In this document: positions 10,902 through 19,006 of the stretch, piece after piece | Layout of the letters: the number at the start of each line of letters is the position of its first letter | Position numbering within the stretch: the first letter of the stretch is position 1 | Source of the DNA: Betaproteobacteria bacterium | GTDB lineage: Bacteria; Pseudomonadota; Gammaproteobacteria; Burkholderiales; SG8-41 | Direction: 5' to 3' | Assembly (NCBI GenBank): GCA_021732605.1 | Contig: JAKFUS010000029.1 | Location: 89,300 to 153,299, forward strand | Length of the DNA stretch: 64,000 nucleotides | Position numbers and translations under genes: made by a program | The notes under the pieces: model-generated | The model's input: the letters and a program-made list of their open reading frames with translations, nothing else | Told to the model about the DNA's origin: nothing | Database searches by the model: none

Positions 10902-11606
10902 CTACTCGCCGGCGGCGAGAAATGATGTCAGGCGCCAGCCGGCTTCGTATTTGCGGAAACAGGCGAGGTGTTCGAGCGGGCTGCGGATGTGTTCTTCCGG
11001 AATAAATCCGTCGCGCTCATTCGCGCTGATTTTCACCCACTTCTGTTTGATGTCGGCATCGCTGTCGGCGATCTCCCAGTCGATGACACGGACGATGGAC
11101 TGGCTGAGGCTGGCGAGAATGGTTGCACTGCCCGAGGGTGCGGCGCGCAGCGCGGTTTCCCGCGCGGTGATCGCGCCGTTGCCGTGCGGATCGGTGTTTT
11201 TCGGCCAGCGCGGCAACACGTAGGGGGCGCACAGGCTGCGCGGCATTTTTTCGTGGCTGTAATACGCCGCACCCAGGTGCAGTGCGCGCGGCAGTTCGCG
11301 CCACAGGGGGCTGTCTTCGGCATCCGGGTCCCACTGGCGGATGAATTCCTCGTGGCCGTTGGGCTGGCCGATGCCGTTGCGCACATTGCGATCGACAACG
11401 CCCAACACGAATTTTTTGTCACGCTGCTGCGTGGCGGTGAGCAGCCGGTCGCGGAAACGCGTCCAGGATTGGTCACCTGCGGCTTCATCACGCGGCGCGA
11501 ACACGCCATCCTGCGTTTTGGCCACGGGATTTTGCTGTCCCAGCGCCGGCACCGACAGCATCATGGCCAGCAGCAGTGCGTAACGCGTGTGGTGCGATCT
11601 GTTCAT
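10902..11606 (-). CDS. Secreted hypothetical protein with a C-terminal bacterial SH3-like segment
   Basis: 234 aa with a signal peptide (ALLLAMMLSVPALGQQ). The C-terminal stretch AITARETALRAAPSGSATILASLSQSIVRVIDWE...WVKISANERDGFIPEEHI looks SH3_3-like. Its ATG overlaps the upstream crotonase stop by 1 nt (TGATG). Confidence 0.6.
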   Translation of the reverse strand: MNRSHHTRYALLLAMMLSVPALGQQNPVAKTQDGVFAPRDEAAGDQSWTRFRDRLLTATQQRDKKFVLGVVDRNVRNGIGQPNGHEEFIRQWDPDAEDSPLWRELPRALHLGAAYYSHEKMPRSLCAPYVLPRWPKNTDPHGNGAITARETALRAAPSGSATILASLSQSIVRVIDWEIADSDADIKQKWVKISANERDGFIPEEHIRSPLEHLACFRKYEAGWRLTSFLAAGE

Positions 11607-12412
11607 CAGCGGCCCTTGAAATCGCCTTTGCGTTTGTCGAAAAACGCCTGCAGCGCTTCCTGATGGTCTTCGGTCTTGTGGCAGATCGCCTGGAATGCCG
11701 AACAGGTATCGAGGTGTTCGCTGAGGTGTTGGCGTTGCGCGAGCTTCAGCAAACGTTTTGCATAACGAATGGTCTGCGGTGGTTTGGCGGCAATTTTACC
11801 GGCCATTTTTTTCGCGGCGGCCATCAACTTCCCGGGTTCCGTGACTTCGAGCAGGATGCCCAGCTCTTTGGCTTCATCGGCTTTCAGCACACGGCCAGTG
11901 AGTGTCAGTTCCGCGGCGCGCTGGTAACCGAGCAACTGATTGAGGAACCAGGCACCGCCGTCGCCGGGAATAATGCCGAGATTGACGAAGGTTTCGCCGA
12001 ATTGCGCCTCGGTGGAGCCGATGCGGATGTCGCACATATTGGCAAGATCGAAGCCGGCACCGATCGCCGGGCCATTGACCGCAGCAATGATCGGAATATC
12101 GGTGTCCTGCATCGCCAATGGGATGCGCTGGATGCCGGTGCGGTAGGCGCGCTGCAGTTCATGGGCAGGTGCCTTGGAACGCTCACCCATGGTTTTGATA
12201 TTGCCGCCGGCCGAAAACGCGCTGCCGGCACCGGTCATGATCAGCACCGATGCGTCCATGCAGCTGTTCGCCCATTGCAGCGTGTTGACGATGTCCGACA
12301 CCAGGTCGGTACTGGTCAGCGCATTGCGCACGTCATCGCGATTGAAAGTGAGTGTGGCGACGCGACCGTCGAGTTCCAGCGTGGCATCGGTCAGTTTGGG
12401 CAAAGCGGTCAT
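11606..12412 (-). CDS. Enoyl-CoA hydratase/isomerase (crotonase) family protein
   Basis: 268 aa. The crotonase-fold pattern is present (LTFNRDDVRNAL, GAGSAFSAGGNI, AAVNGPAIGAGFDLA). Confidence 0.85.
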   Translation of the reverse strand: MTALPKLTDATLELDGRVATLTFNRDDVRNALTSTDLVSDIVNTLQWANSCMDASVLIMTGAGSAFSAGGNIKTMGERSKAPAHELQRAYRTGIQRIPLAMQDTDIPIIAAVNGPAIGAGFDLANMCDIRIGSTEAQFGETFVNLGIIPGDGGAWFLNQLLGYQRAAELTLTGRVLKADEAKELGILLEVTEPGKLMAAAKKMAGKIAAKPPQTIRYAKRLLKLAQRQHLSEHLDTCSAFQAICHKTEDHQEALQAFFDKRKGDFKGR

Positions 12413-12512
12413 CGTGGGATTTCCGGTTGTGGAGTTACAAAAAAACGAAAAGCATGGATATCGAAGAGGCCGCTATCTTAAGCGGCGGTCCGGGGACGGC
12501 ACAACCGACGGT

Positions 12513-13226
12513 TCAGGCGGCGGCCTGAGCGCGCAGGTGCTCGACTGCGGCGTTGCGTGAATCGATCACGCGCTGGCGCGCAATGCGTTCCGCGGTATCG
12601 CCGTCGCCATCATGAATGGCGCGTAACAGGGTTTGCCAGCTTTGCGCTGATTGGCGGCGGCGCTGCGGTGTCGACAGGCCGAGACGGGTATAACGAACGG
12701 TCTGCACCGCGAGTGAACCGAGGATGGCCTGCAGCCGCTGGTTGCCGGCGGCCTGGGTCAGTAGCCGGTTCAGCCGCAAGACAATCTCGATGTACTCGTC
12801 ACCGGGTCCAGGAACGGCAGCAATTTGCGCCAAGCGGGCAATATCCTTTTCCAGCACCGGGATCAGCTGTTCACGCTGCTTGCCTTCGGCGATCAGCCGG
12901 TCGCGCAGGCCGTTCAGCATCGCGCGGATATCGAAAATCTCGTTCACTTCCTCGATGGTCGGATTGGTGACCTGTGCGCCGCGCCGCGGCAGAATCATCA
13001 CCAGGCCTTCTTTTTCCAGCAGCCGCAGGGCTTCACGCACCGGTCCGCGGCTGACTTCGAATTCTTCGGCGACCGCCTGTTCCATCACGCGCTGGCCCGG
13101 AGTGTAGGCGCCGGACACGATGCGTTCCGATAATTTTGTGGCGATCTGTTCGGGCAGTGACTGGGTCAGCGATGCGCCACTGCGCAGCGGGGTCAACATG
13201 TCAGACAAGGCGTTGGTGAGATCCAT
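12513..13226 (-). CDS. GntR-family transcriptional regulator (FadR/FCD-type C-terminal domain)
   Basis: 237 aa. The N-terminal winged HTH is PGQRVMEQAVAEEFEVSRGPVREALRLLEKEGLV, and the C-terminal domain is all-helical. It is divergent from the carboxylase operon. Confidence 0.9.
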   Translation of the reverse strand: MDLTNALSDMLTPLRSGASLTQSLPEQIATKLSERIVSGAYTPGQRVMEQAVAEEFEVSRGPVREALRLLEKEGLVMILPRRGAQVTNPTIEEVNEIFDIRAMLNGLRDRLIAEGKQREQLIPVLEKDIARLAQIAAVPGPGDEYIEIVLRLNRLLTQAAGNQRLQAILGSLAVQTVRYTRLGLSTPQRRRQSAQSWQTLLRAIHDGDGDTAERIARQRVIDSRNAAVEHLRAQAAA

Positions 13227-13257
13227 GGGTGTTTCGCAGGTTGGTCAGTGTTGGAAC

Positions 13258-13323
13258 ACCATACGGAGGCTTTGTAATATTGTCAACAATCTTCTTGACA
13301 ACAATATGGCTCAAGAATAGCAT
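13258..13323. promoter_or_regulatory. Divergent promoter pair plus inverted repeat; candidate GntR operator
   Basis: TTGTCAA (13280-13286) and TTGACAA (13295-13301) form a 7-bp inverted repeat with an 8-nt spacer. The right arm is a perfect -35 TTGACA, with TAGCAT 17 nt downstream on the + strand. The left arm read on the minus strand is TTGACA, with TATGGT 17 nt downstream (13263-13258). A 12-bp palindrome ATTGTcaACAAT lies at 13279-13290. Confidence 0.45.
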
Positions 13324-13373
13324 CCTGCCACCTTTCCGATTCTTTTAGATGCCTACTCTCCAGGAGCTCTGTC

Positions 13374-13595
13374 ATGGCCCGTATTGAAGTCAAATCCGAA
13401 ATTACCGGCACCGTCTGGCAGCTCAAGGCCAAGCCCGGCGACAAAGTCGAGGCTGGCGACATACTGATCGTCATCGAGTCGATGAAAATGGAAATACCCG
13501 TGATCACCGAAGATGGTGGCACGGTGAAGGAAATCCTGGTCAAGGAAAAAGACCCGGTGGCTGAAGGTCAGGTGGTCGCCATTCTCGAAGAATAA
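13374..13595 (+). CDS. Biotin carboxyl carrier protein, bare biotinyl domain only (73 aa)
   Basis: Biotinylation motif ESMKME (canonical E-A-M-K-M). A GGAG Shine-Dalgarno (caGGAGctctgtcATG) precedes the start. Confidence 0.85.
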   Translation: MARIEVKSEITGTVWQLKAKPGDKVEAGDILIVIESMKMEIPVITEDGGTVKEILVKEKDPVAEGQVVAILEE

Positions 13596-13635
13596 GCAGC
13601 CGTGCCCGTTTTAAAAGCGAGCACACGCTTACAGC

Positions 13636-13667
13636 ATAACTAATTGTTTTTATTTATATTTTATAAG
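13636..13667 (+). repeat. AT-rich intergenic block, copy A (ATAACTAATTGTTTTTATTTATATTTTATAAG)
   Basis: The first 17 nt are identical to complement(45107..45123). It lies 11 nt upstream of the carboxyltransferase-1 ATG. Confidence 0.7.
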
Positions 13668-13678
13668 ACTCTGCGCCT

Positions 13679-15247
13679 ATGAGCTGGCAGCCTGAAATCG
13701 ATGAGCTGCACCACCGGCGCAAGCTGGCGGAGGCCTGCGGTGGCCCGGAGGCGGTGGCCAAACACCATGCCCAGGGCAAGCTCACGGTACGCGAGCGCAT
13801 CGTAACCCTGGTGGATTCCGGGTCCTTTCGCGAAGTCGGCAAACTCGCCGGCAAGGCCACTTATGACGCGACCGGAAAACTGACCGGCTTTGAACCCGCG
13901 CCGTATGTGATGGGCGTGGCCCGCATAGCCGGCCGTCCAGTGGCGATCGGCGGCGAGGATTACACCATCCGCGCCGGCACCGGATTCGGCAGCGACCGGC
14001 GCAAGGGCGGGCAGGGCGGCTTCATCGAAGACCTTGCCTGGGAGTACCGCATTCCGCTGGTCAATCTGATCGACGGCACCGGCGGCACGGTCAACACCGC
14101 CAAGCGCAAGGGTTACACCGTGGTGCCGGGTTACGGCCAGGACGGCGTCGAACGGTCGGTCGATCTGCTTGGCATCGTGCCTGTCGTATCCGCCGTCATG
14201 GGTACCACGGCGGGCGGTCCATCGATGCGCGCGATCCTGTCGCACTGGTCAATCATGGTCAAAGGCACCGGACAGATTTTTGCTGCAGGTCCGCCGGTGG
14301 TCGAACGCGCCTTCGGCGAAAAGCTGCACAAGGATGAATTGGGCGGCACCGCGGTCGCGGTCGATACCGCCGGCACCATCGATAACGTCGCGGAAAACGA
14401 ACAGGACTGTTTTGAGCAGATCCGCCGTTTCCTGTCGTACATGCCGCAAAACGTGTGGGAACTGCCGCCGGTGGTAAACAGCGGCGACCCGGTGGACCGT
14501 TGCGAAGACGCGCTGGCGAGCATCGTGCCGCGCTCCAATCGTCAGGCCTACAACATGAAAAAGCTGGTCGGCATGATCGTCGATTGCGACAGCCTGTTTG
14601 AAATCCAGCCGACTTTCGGCCGCGCCATCATCACCGCGCTGGCACGCATGAACGGCAAGGTCGTCGGCATCATCGCCAGCAATCCGATGGTCGGCGGCAT
14701 CATGGATGTCAAAGCGGCGCGCAAGCAGGGGCACTTCACGGAGCTCTGCGACATGTTCAATATCCCGGTAATTCTGTTCGCCGACATCCCGGGCCTGATG
14801 GTCGGCCGTGAATCCGAAGCCGACGCGATCCTGCGCGAAGGCGTGCGCGCGCGTTACATTGCGCTGCAGTCGCGGGTGCCGATGTTCTCGGTCATCGTGC
14901 GCAAATGTTACGGCGTCGCCGGTGGCGGCTTCATCGACCGCGGCGGACTCAATTTCAAGATTGCCTGGCCTTCCGCCGAATGGGGTTCACTGCCGGTCGA
15001 AGGCGGCGTCAAGGCGGCCTATCGCCGCGAAATCGAAAGTGCTGCGGATCCGGTGGCGCGCGAACGTGAAATCGAAACCGAACTGAAACAGCTCGCCTCA
15101 CCATTCCGCACCGCTGAAGCCTTTGCGGTGGAAGACGTCATCGACCCGCGCGAGACGCGACCTTATCTGTGCCAGTTCATTGACTCTTTGCAAGGTCGGC
15201 TCAGTAGCCAGCTCGGTCCCAAGCTGCGTGCCGGTGTGCGGCCTTAG
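13679..15247 (+). CDS. Acyl-CoA carboxylase carboxyltransferase subunit, paralogue 1 (PccB/AccD5-like, N and C halves both present)
   Basis: 522 aa. The layout follows the carboxyl_transferase family (KLTVRERIVTLVDSGSFREVG..., GGEDYTIRAGT, later GIIASNP). Confidence 0.9.
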   Translation: MSWQPEIDELHHRRKLAEACGGPEAVAKHHAQGKLTVRERIVTLVDSGSFREVGKLAGKATYDATGKLTGFEPAPYVMGVARIAGRPVAIGGEDYTIRAGTGFGSDRRKGGQGGFIEDLAWEYRIPLVNLIDGTGGTVNTAKRKGYTVVPGYGQDGVERSVDLLGIVPVVSAVMGTTAGGPSMRAILSHWSIMVKGTGQIFAAGPPVVERAFGEKLHKDELGGTAVAVDTAGTIDNVAENEQDCFEQIRRFLSYMPQNVWELPPVVNSGDPVDRCEDALASIVPRSNRQAYNMKKLVGMIVDCDSLFEIQPTFGRAIITALARMNGKVVGIIASNPMVGGIMDVKAARKQGHFTELCDMFNIPVILFADIPGLMVGRESEADAILREGVRARYIALQSRVPMFSVIVRKCYGVAGGGFIDRGGLNFKIAWPSAEWGSLPVEGGVKAAYRREIESAADPVAREREIETELKQLASPFRTAEAFAVEDVIDPRETRPYLCQFIDSLQGRLSSQLGPKLRAGVRP

Positions 15248-15251
15248 TGGG

Positions 15252-15289
15252 AAAATTTAATAACTATTTGATTTAATTGGATATTTTAT
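15252..15289 (+). repeat. AT-rich intergenic block, copy B (contains ATAACTATTTGATTTAATTG)
   Basis: The 20-nt core at 15260-15279 is identical to complement(34004..34023). It ends 10 nt before the carboxyltransferase-2 ATG. Confidence 0.75.
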
Positions 15290-16825
15290 ATGGCATTCGA
15301 AGCATTGCTGCAGGAATACGAAGCCCGTCGCGCCAAGGCGCTGGCCGGTGGTGGCGAAGAAAAATACGCCAAGCGCACGGCGAAGGGCATCTGGAACGCG
15401 CGCCAGCGGATCGACTATCTGATGGACAAAGGTTCGTTCATCGAATCCGGGCTGTTTGGTTCTTCCGGTGTGTATGCCGAGCAGGAAGATGAAACCCAGA
15501 CCGACGGCAAACTCGCCGGTTTTGGCCGGATCAATGACCGCGATGTGTGTCTGGTGGTCAATGACTTCACGGTGAAGGGTGCATCGACCTCGGCGACCAA
15601 CGGCAAAAAAATTGCGCACATGAAACGCGCCGCCACCGAACGCGGCATGCCGCTGGTGCTGATCGGCGAATCCACTGGCGCGCGTCTGCCCGATGCGATG
15701 GGCTCGCGTGGCATGGGTTTGCTGCTGGGTAACGACAACACGCAATTCCGTCGCTTGCGCGAAGTGCCGATGGCAGCCGCAGCATTTGGTCCGTCCTTCG
15801 GTTCCTCGACTTGGCTGATGTGCCAATCCGATTTTGCAGTGATGCACAAAAGCGCAATCATGGCGGTGTCCAGCCCGGGGCTGGTGTCGATGGCGCTGGG
15901 TGAAAAAGTCGCCGCAGAAGATCTGGGCGGCTGGCGTCTGCATGCCGAAACCACCGGCCTGATCGATCAGTTTGCCGACACCGAGGAAGAGGTGTTCGAC
16001 CTGATCAAACAATTCCTCGCCTACATGCCCAGCCACCACAAGGAAGCGCCGCCCGATGCACCGGTGCCCGCGGGTTCCGGCGCCGACATGGCCAAGGTGT
16101 TCGACATCCTGCCCGAAAGCCGAACGCAGGTGTATGACATGAAGCGCGTGATCAAATGCATTATCGACAAGGATTCGCTGCTCGAACTGAAACCGCGTTT
16201 CGGCAAAAGTGCAGTCACCGGTCTCGCGCGCCTCGGTGGCAAGACCGTCGGCATCATCGCCAACAACCCGCTGCACCGCGGCGGCGCGCTGGACGCTGAT
16301 GCCTGCCGCAAGCTCGTCGATTTCATTGTGTTGTGTGATTCCTTCAATATTCCCTTCGTGATGCTGGTCGACACGCCCGGTTTCCAGATCGGTACCGAAG
16401 CCGAACGCGCCGGTGCGCCGGGCAAGATCATGAACTTCATGAATGCGATGACCCTGGTCACCGTGCCGCATCTGACGGTGATCGTGCGCAAGAGTTATGG
16501 CCGCGCTTATGTCTGCATGGGCGGCGGTCGCCACTCCGACGAAGTCGCGGCATGGCCGACGGCAGAAATCAGTTTCATGAGCCCCGATTTCGCCACCAAG
16601 ATCGTACACGGCGTCGGTGTCGGCGAACCCGGCTTTGAAGAGGCGCTGGCCAACATCCGCAAGGGGGCTGACGTTTGGGGCCTGGCCGCAGTGTATGCCG
16701 CGCAGTCAGTGATCAAGCCGCAGGATACCCGCGAGTACCTGATTCGTATGTTCGATGTTTACAAATTGCGCATGACCAAGGGTGTGGGGCAGCACCTGAT
16801 GCGCTCCTGGCCTACCAGTTATTAG
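15290..16825 (+). CDS. Acyl-CoA carboxylase carboxyltransferase subunit, paralogue 2
   Basis: 511 aa and the same family as the preceding gene (RQRIDYLMDKGSFIESG, VVNDFTVKGAST, GIIANNP), but clearly divergent from it. Confidence 0.9.
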   Translation: MAFEALLQEYEARRAKALAGGGEEKYAKRTAKGIWNARQRIDYLMDKGSFIESGLFGSSGVYAEQEDETQTDGKLAGFGRINDRDVCLVVNDFTVKGASTSATNGKKIAHMKRAATERGMPLVLIGESTGARLPDAMGSRGMGLLLGNDNTQFRRLREVPMAAAAFGPSFGSSTWLMCQSDFAVMHKSAIMAVSSPGLVSMALGEKVAAEDLGGWRLHAETTGLIDQFADTEEEVFDLIKQFLAYMPSHHKEAPPDAPVPAGSGADMAKVFDILPESRTQVYDMKRVIKCIIDKDSLLELKPRFGKSAVTGLARLGGKTVGIIANNPLHRGGALDADACRKLVDFIVLCDSFNIPFVMLVDTPGFQIGTEAERAGAPGKIMNFMNAMTLVTVPHLTVIVRKSYGRAYVCMGGGRHSDEVAAWPTAEISFMSPDFATKIVHGVGVGEPGFEEALANIRKGADVWGLAAVYAAQSVIKPQDTREYLIRMFDVYKLRMTKGVGQHLMRSWPTSY

Positions 16826-16827
16826 AA

Positions 16828-16916
16828 GCGGTGATTGGTGACTGGTAATTGGTAAATGGGAAACCCCCACCACCAATTACCAGTTACCAGTTACCAGTTA
16901 CCAGTCACCCATCAAC
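16828..16916. repeat. Opposed heptamer arrays forming an imperfect hairpin (YTGGTRA x3-4 facing TYACCAR x6)
   Basis: The left arm is TTGGTGA CTGGTAA TTGGTAA (16835-16855). The right arm is CCACCAA followed by TTACCAG x4 (16877-16904) and then TCACCCA. The arms are reverse complements, and the right arm carries extra units. Confidence 0.8.
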
Positions 16917-16930
16917 AAAGCCTGACTCCA

Positions 16931-18280
16931 ATGTTCAACAAAGTCCTAGTCGCCAATCGCGGCGCCGTTGCCGCCCGTGTTCTGCGTGCGTTGAACGCGA
17001 TGAAAATTCCGGCGGTCGCCGTGTATTCCGAAGCCGATGCCGGTGCGCCTTACCTGGAAATGGCCAGTGAGACCTACGCCATTGGCCCGGCACCTGCGCG
17101 CGAGAGTTATCTCAATCAGGAGCTGATCGTTGATGTGCTGCGCAAATCGAAAGCTGACGGCTTGCATCCCGGTTACGGTTTTCTGTCGGAGAATTCAGCG
17201 TTCGCACAAAAAGTGATCGATGCAGGTTCGCATTTCATCGGCCCGTCGCCGAAATGGATCGATGCCATGGGCCATAAGACCCGCGCCCGCGACATTGCCG
17301 CGCAGTACGGCATGCCGATGTCAGAGGGCTCCGCTGTATTGCCCGATGACAATGACGCCATTCTCGCTGCAGCACGAAAAATCGGCTTTCCGGTGCTGGT
17401 GAAGCCGGCCGGTGGCGGTGGCGGTATTGGCATGTTGCCGGCCAAGGATGAAAGCGAACTGCTGGGCGCTGTAGAGCGTTCGCGCTCCATGGCCAGCCGC
17501 GGTTTCGGTACAGCCGAAGTCTATCTCGAAAAACTGATCGAACGCCCGCGCCATGTCGAATTCCAGATCCTCGGCGACACTCATGGAAGCGCCATGCATT
17601 TGTTCGAGCGTGACTGTTCGACCCAGCGCCGCAACCAGAAGGTCATCGAAGAAGCCCCGGGGCCGCTGATTCCGCGCGACAAGGCGGTGGCCGTCGCCGA
17701 TCAGATCGCCGGGATTATGCGCAGCATGGGTTACGACAACATCGGCACTGTCGAAATGCTGCTCGGCGCTGACGGCACCTTCAGCTTCCTTGAAATGAAC
17801 ACCCGCCTGCAGGTGGAACACGGCGTGACCGAGGAAGTCACTGGTGTGGATCTGGTGCGCGCGCAGATCCGTTCTGCCGCTGGCGAAAAACTCGCCGACA
17901 TCCTGCCGGGCAAACCAGAAATCAAGGGCCATGCCATACAGGCGCGGGTGTATGCCGAAGATCCGAAAAACTTTTTCCCCTCGCCGGGAAAACTGACGGT
18001 GTTCCGGCCACCGCAAGGTGAGGGCATTCGCGTCGATACCGGCTATGCCGAAGGCCGCGATGTGACGCCGCATTACGATCCGATGATTGCCAAGGTCATC
18101 GTGCGCGGTGCGACACGCGAGGCGGCGATTGATCAATTGATTACAGCGCTGGAAGCCTTCGAAATCCAGGGCCTGAAAAACAACATCCCGGCTGTCATCA
18201 ACATCCTGCGTTCCGAGCCGTTCCGGGCAGGACGTGTGCACACCGGCATCATCAGCGAAGTCACCGGCAGAAAAGCATGA
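16931..18280 (+). CDS. Biotin carboxylase, stand-alone (AccC-like)
   Basis: I use the internal ATG at 16931 (MFNKVLVANRGAVAARVLRAL...), which is the canonical biotin carboxylase N-terminus. The track ORF from 16856 would read through the heptamer repeat. The glycine-rich loop GGGGGIGM is present. Confidence 0.9.
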   Translation: MFNKVLVANRGAVAARVLRALNAMKIPAVAVYSEADAGAPYLEMASETYAIGPAPARESYLNQELIVDVLRKSKADGLHPGYGFLSENSAFAQKVIDAGSHFIGPSPKWIDAMGHKTRARDIAAQYGMPMSEGSAVLPDDNDAILAAARKIGFPVLVKPAGGGGGIGMLPAKDESELLGAVERSRSMASRGFGTAEVYLEKLIERPRHVEFQILGDTHGSAMHLFERDCSTQRRNQKVIEEAPGPLIPRDKAVAVADQIAGIMRSMGYDNIGTVEMLLGADGTFSFLEMNTRLQVEHGVTEEVTGVDLVRAQIRSAAGEKLADILPGKPEIKGHAIQARVYAEDPKNFFPSPGKLTVFRPPQGEGIRVDTGYAEGRDVTPHYDPMIAKVIVRGATREAAIDQLITALEAFEIQGLKNNIPAVINILRSEPFRAGRVHTGIISEVTGRKA

Positions 18281-18299
18281 AAACGAGTGTAAAAACAGC

Positions 18300-19004
18300 A
18301 TGAACAAACCCAATGAAAACCCGGTGGCTGCTGCGCGCAGCGCCGGGCGCAATGCGCTCGATGAAAGTGCCGGCAAACAATTGTTGTCCAGCTACGGCAT
18401 CAGCGTACCGCAGTCGCGCGTGGCTAAAGGCGTCGCCGAAGTCGATGCAGTGATGAACGGCCTGAAGACGCCAGTCGTGGTCAAAGTCATGTCGCCCGAC
18501 ATCCTGCATAAAAGCGATGCCGGCGGTGTAAAGATAAATTTGCGTTCTGCGGCTGAAGTCAAAGCCGCAATCGAAGGCATGCTCAATGCGCCGAAGATCA
18601 AAGGAGCGCGCATCGACGGCTTTCTGATCGAGGAAATGGCGCCGACAGGTCATGAACTGGTGATCGGTGGTTTGCGCGATCCGCAGTTTGGCCCGCTGGT
18701 GATGGTGGGACTGGGCGGCATCTTTGTCGAAATACTCAAAGACGTTTCGTTCCGGCTGTGCCCGATTACCCGCATCGATGCCGAGGAAATGCTCGCCGAA
18801 CTCAAAGGCGCGGCCATCCTCAAGGGTGCGCGTGGCACCAAGCCGGCGTCGATCGAAGCGATCATTGATGTGCTGCTGAAAGTGGGCGGTGACAATGGTT
18901 TGCTGATGCAGCACGCGGCCGACATCAGCGAAGCCGACATCAACCCGCTGATCGTGTCCGATACCGCGGCGGTTGCCGTCGATGCACGTTTTATTCTGGG
19001 CTGA
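18300..19004 (+). CDS. ADP-forming acyl-CoA synthetase, ATP-grasp (beta-like) subunit
   Basis: I use the internal ATG at 18300 (MNKPNENP...). The pattern AGKQLLSSYGISVPQS...VVVKVMSPDILHKSDAGGVKINL is typical of the ATP-grasp_5 domain of NDP-forming acetate/acyl-CoA ligases. Confidence 0.8.
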   Translation: MNKPNENPVAAARSAGRNALDESAGKQLLSSYGISVPQSRVAKGVAEVDAVMNGLKTPVVVKVMSPDILHKSDAGGVKINLRSAAEVKAAIEGMLNAPKIKGARIDGFLIEEMAPTGHELVIGGLRDPQFGPLVMVGLGGIFVEILKDVSFRLCPITRIDAEEMLAELKGAAILKGARGTKPASIEAIIDVLLKVGGDNGLLMQHAADISEADINPLIVSDTAAVAVDARFILG

Positions 19005-19006
19005 GC

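Noticed and set aside
15257-16609. 450-aa ORF on the minus strand
   Set aside because: It lies entirely antisense to the carboxyltransferase-2 gene, which has clear family motifs. The composition is Arg/Gly/His/Ala-rich with no motifs. This is the typical shadow ORF of a GC-rich coding region.
16856-16930. N-terminal extension of the biotin carboxylase ORF (MGNPHHQLPVTSYQLPVTHQQSLTP)
   Set aside because: It is a translation of the heptamer repeat. The canonical biotin carboxylase N-terminus starts at the ATG at 16931. Similar upstream extensions in the track for the genes at 25518, 27546, 28463, 40854, 42049, 42968, 44388, 46315, 48091, 55859, 56334, 60068, 60947 and 62520 were trimmed to internal starts that remove overlaps and restore family-typical N-termini or Shine-Dalgarno spacing.
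17321-18376. 351-aa minus-strand ORF
   Set aside because: Antisense shadow of the biotin carboxylase gene, with no recognisable domain.
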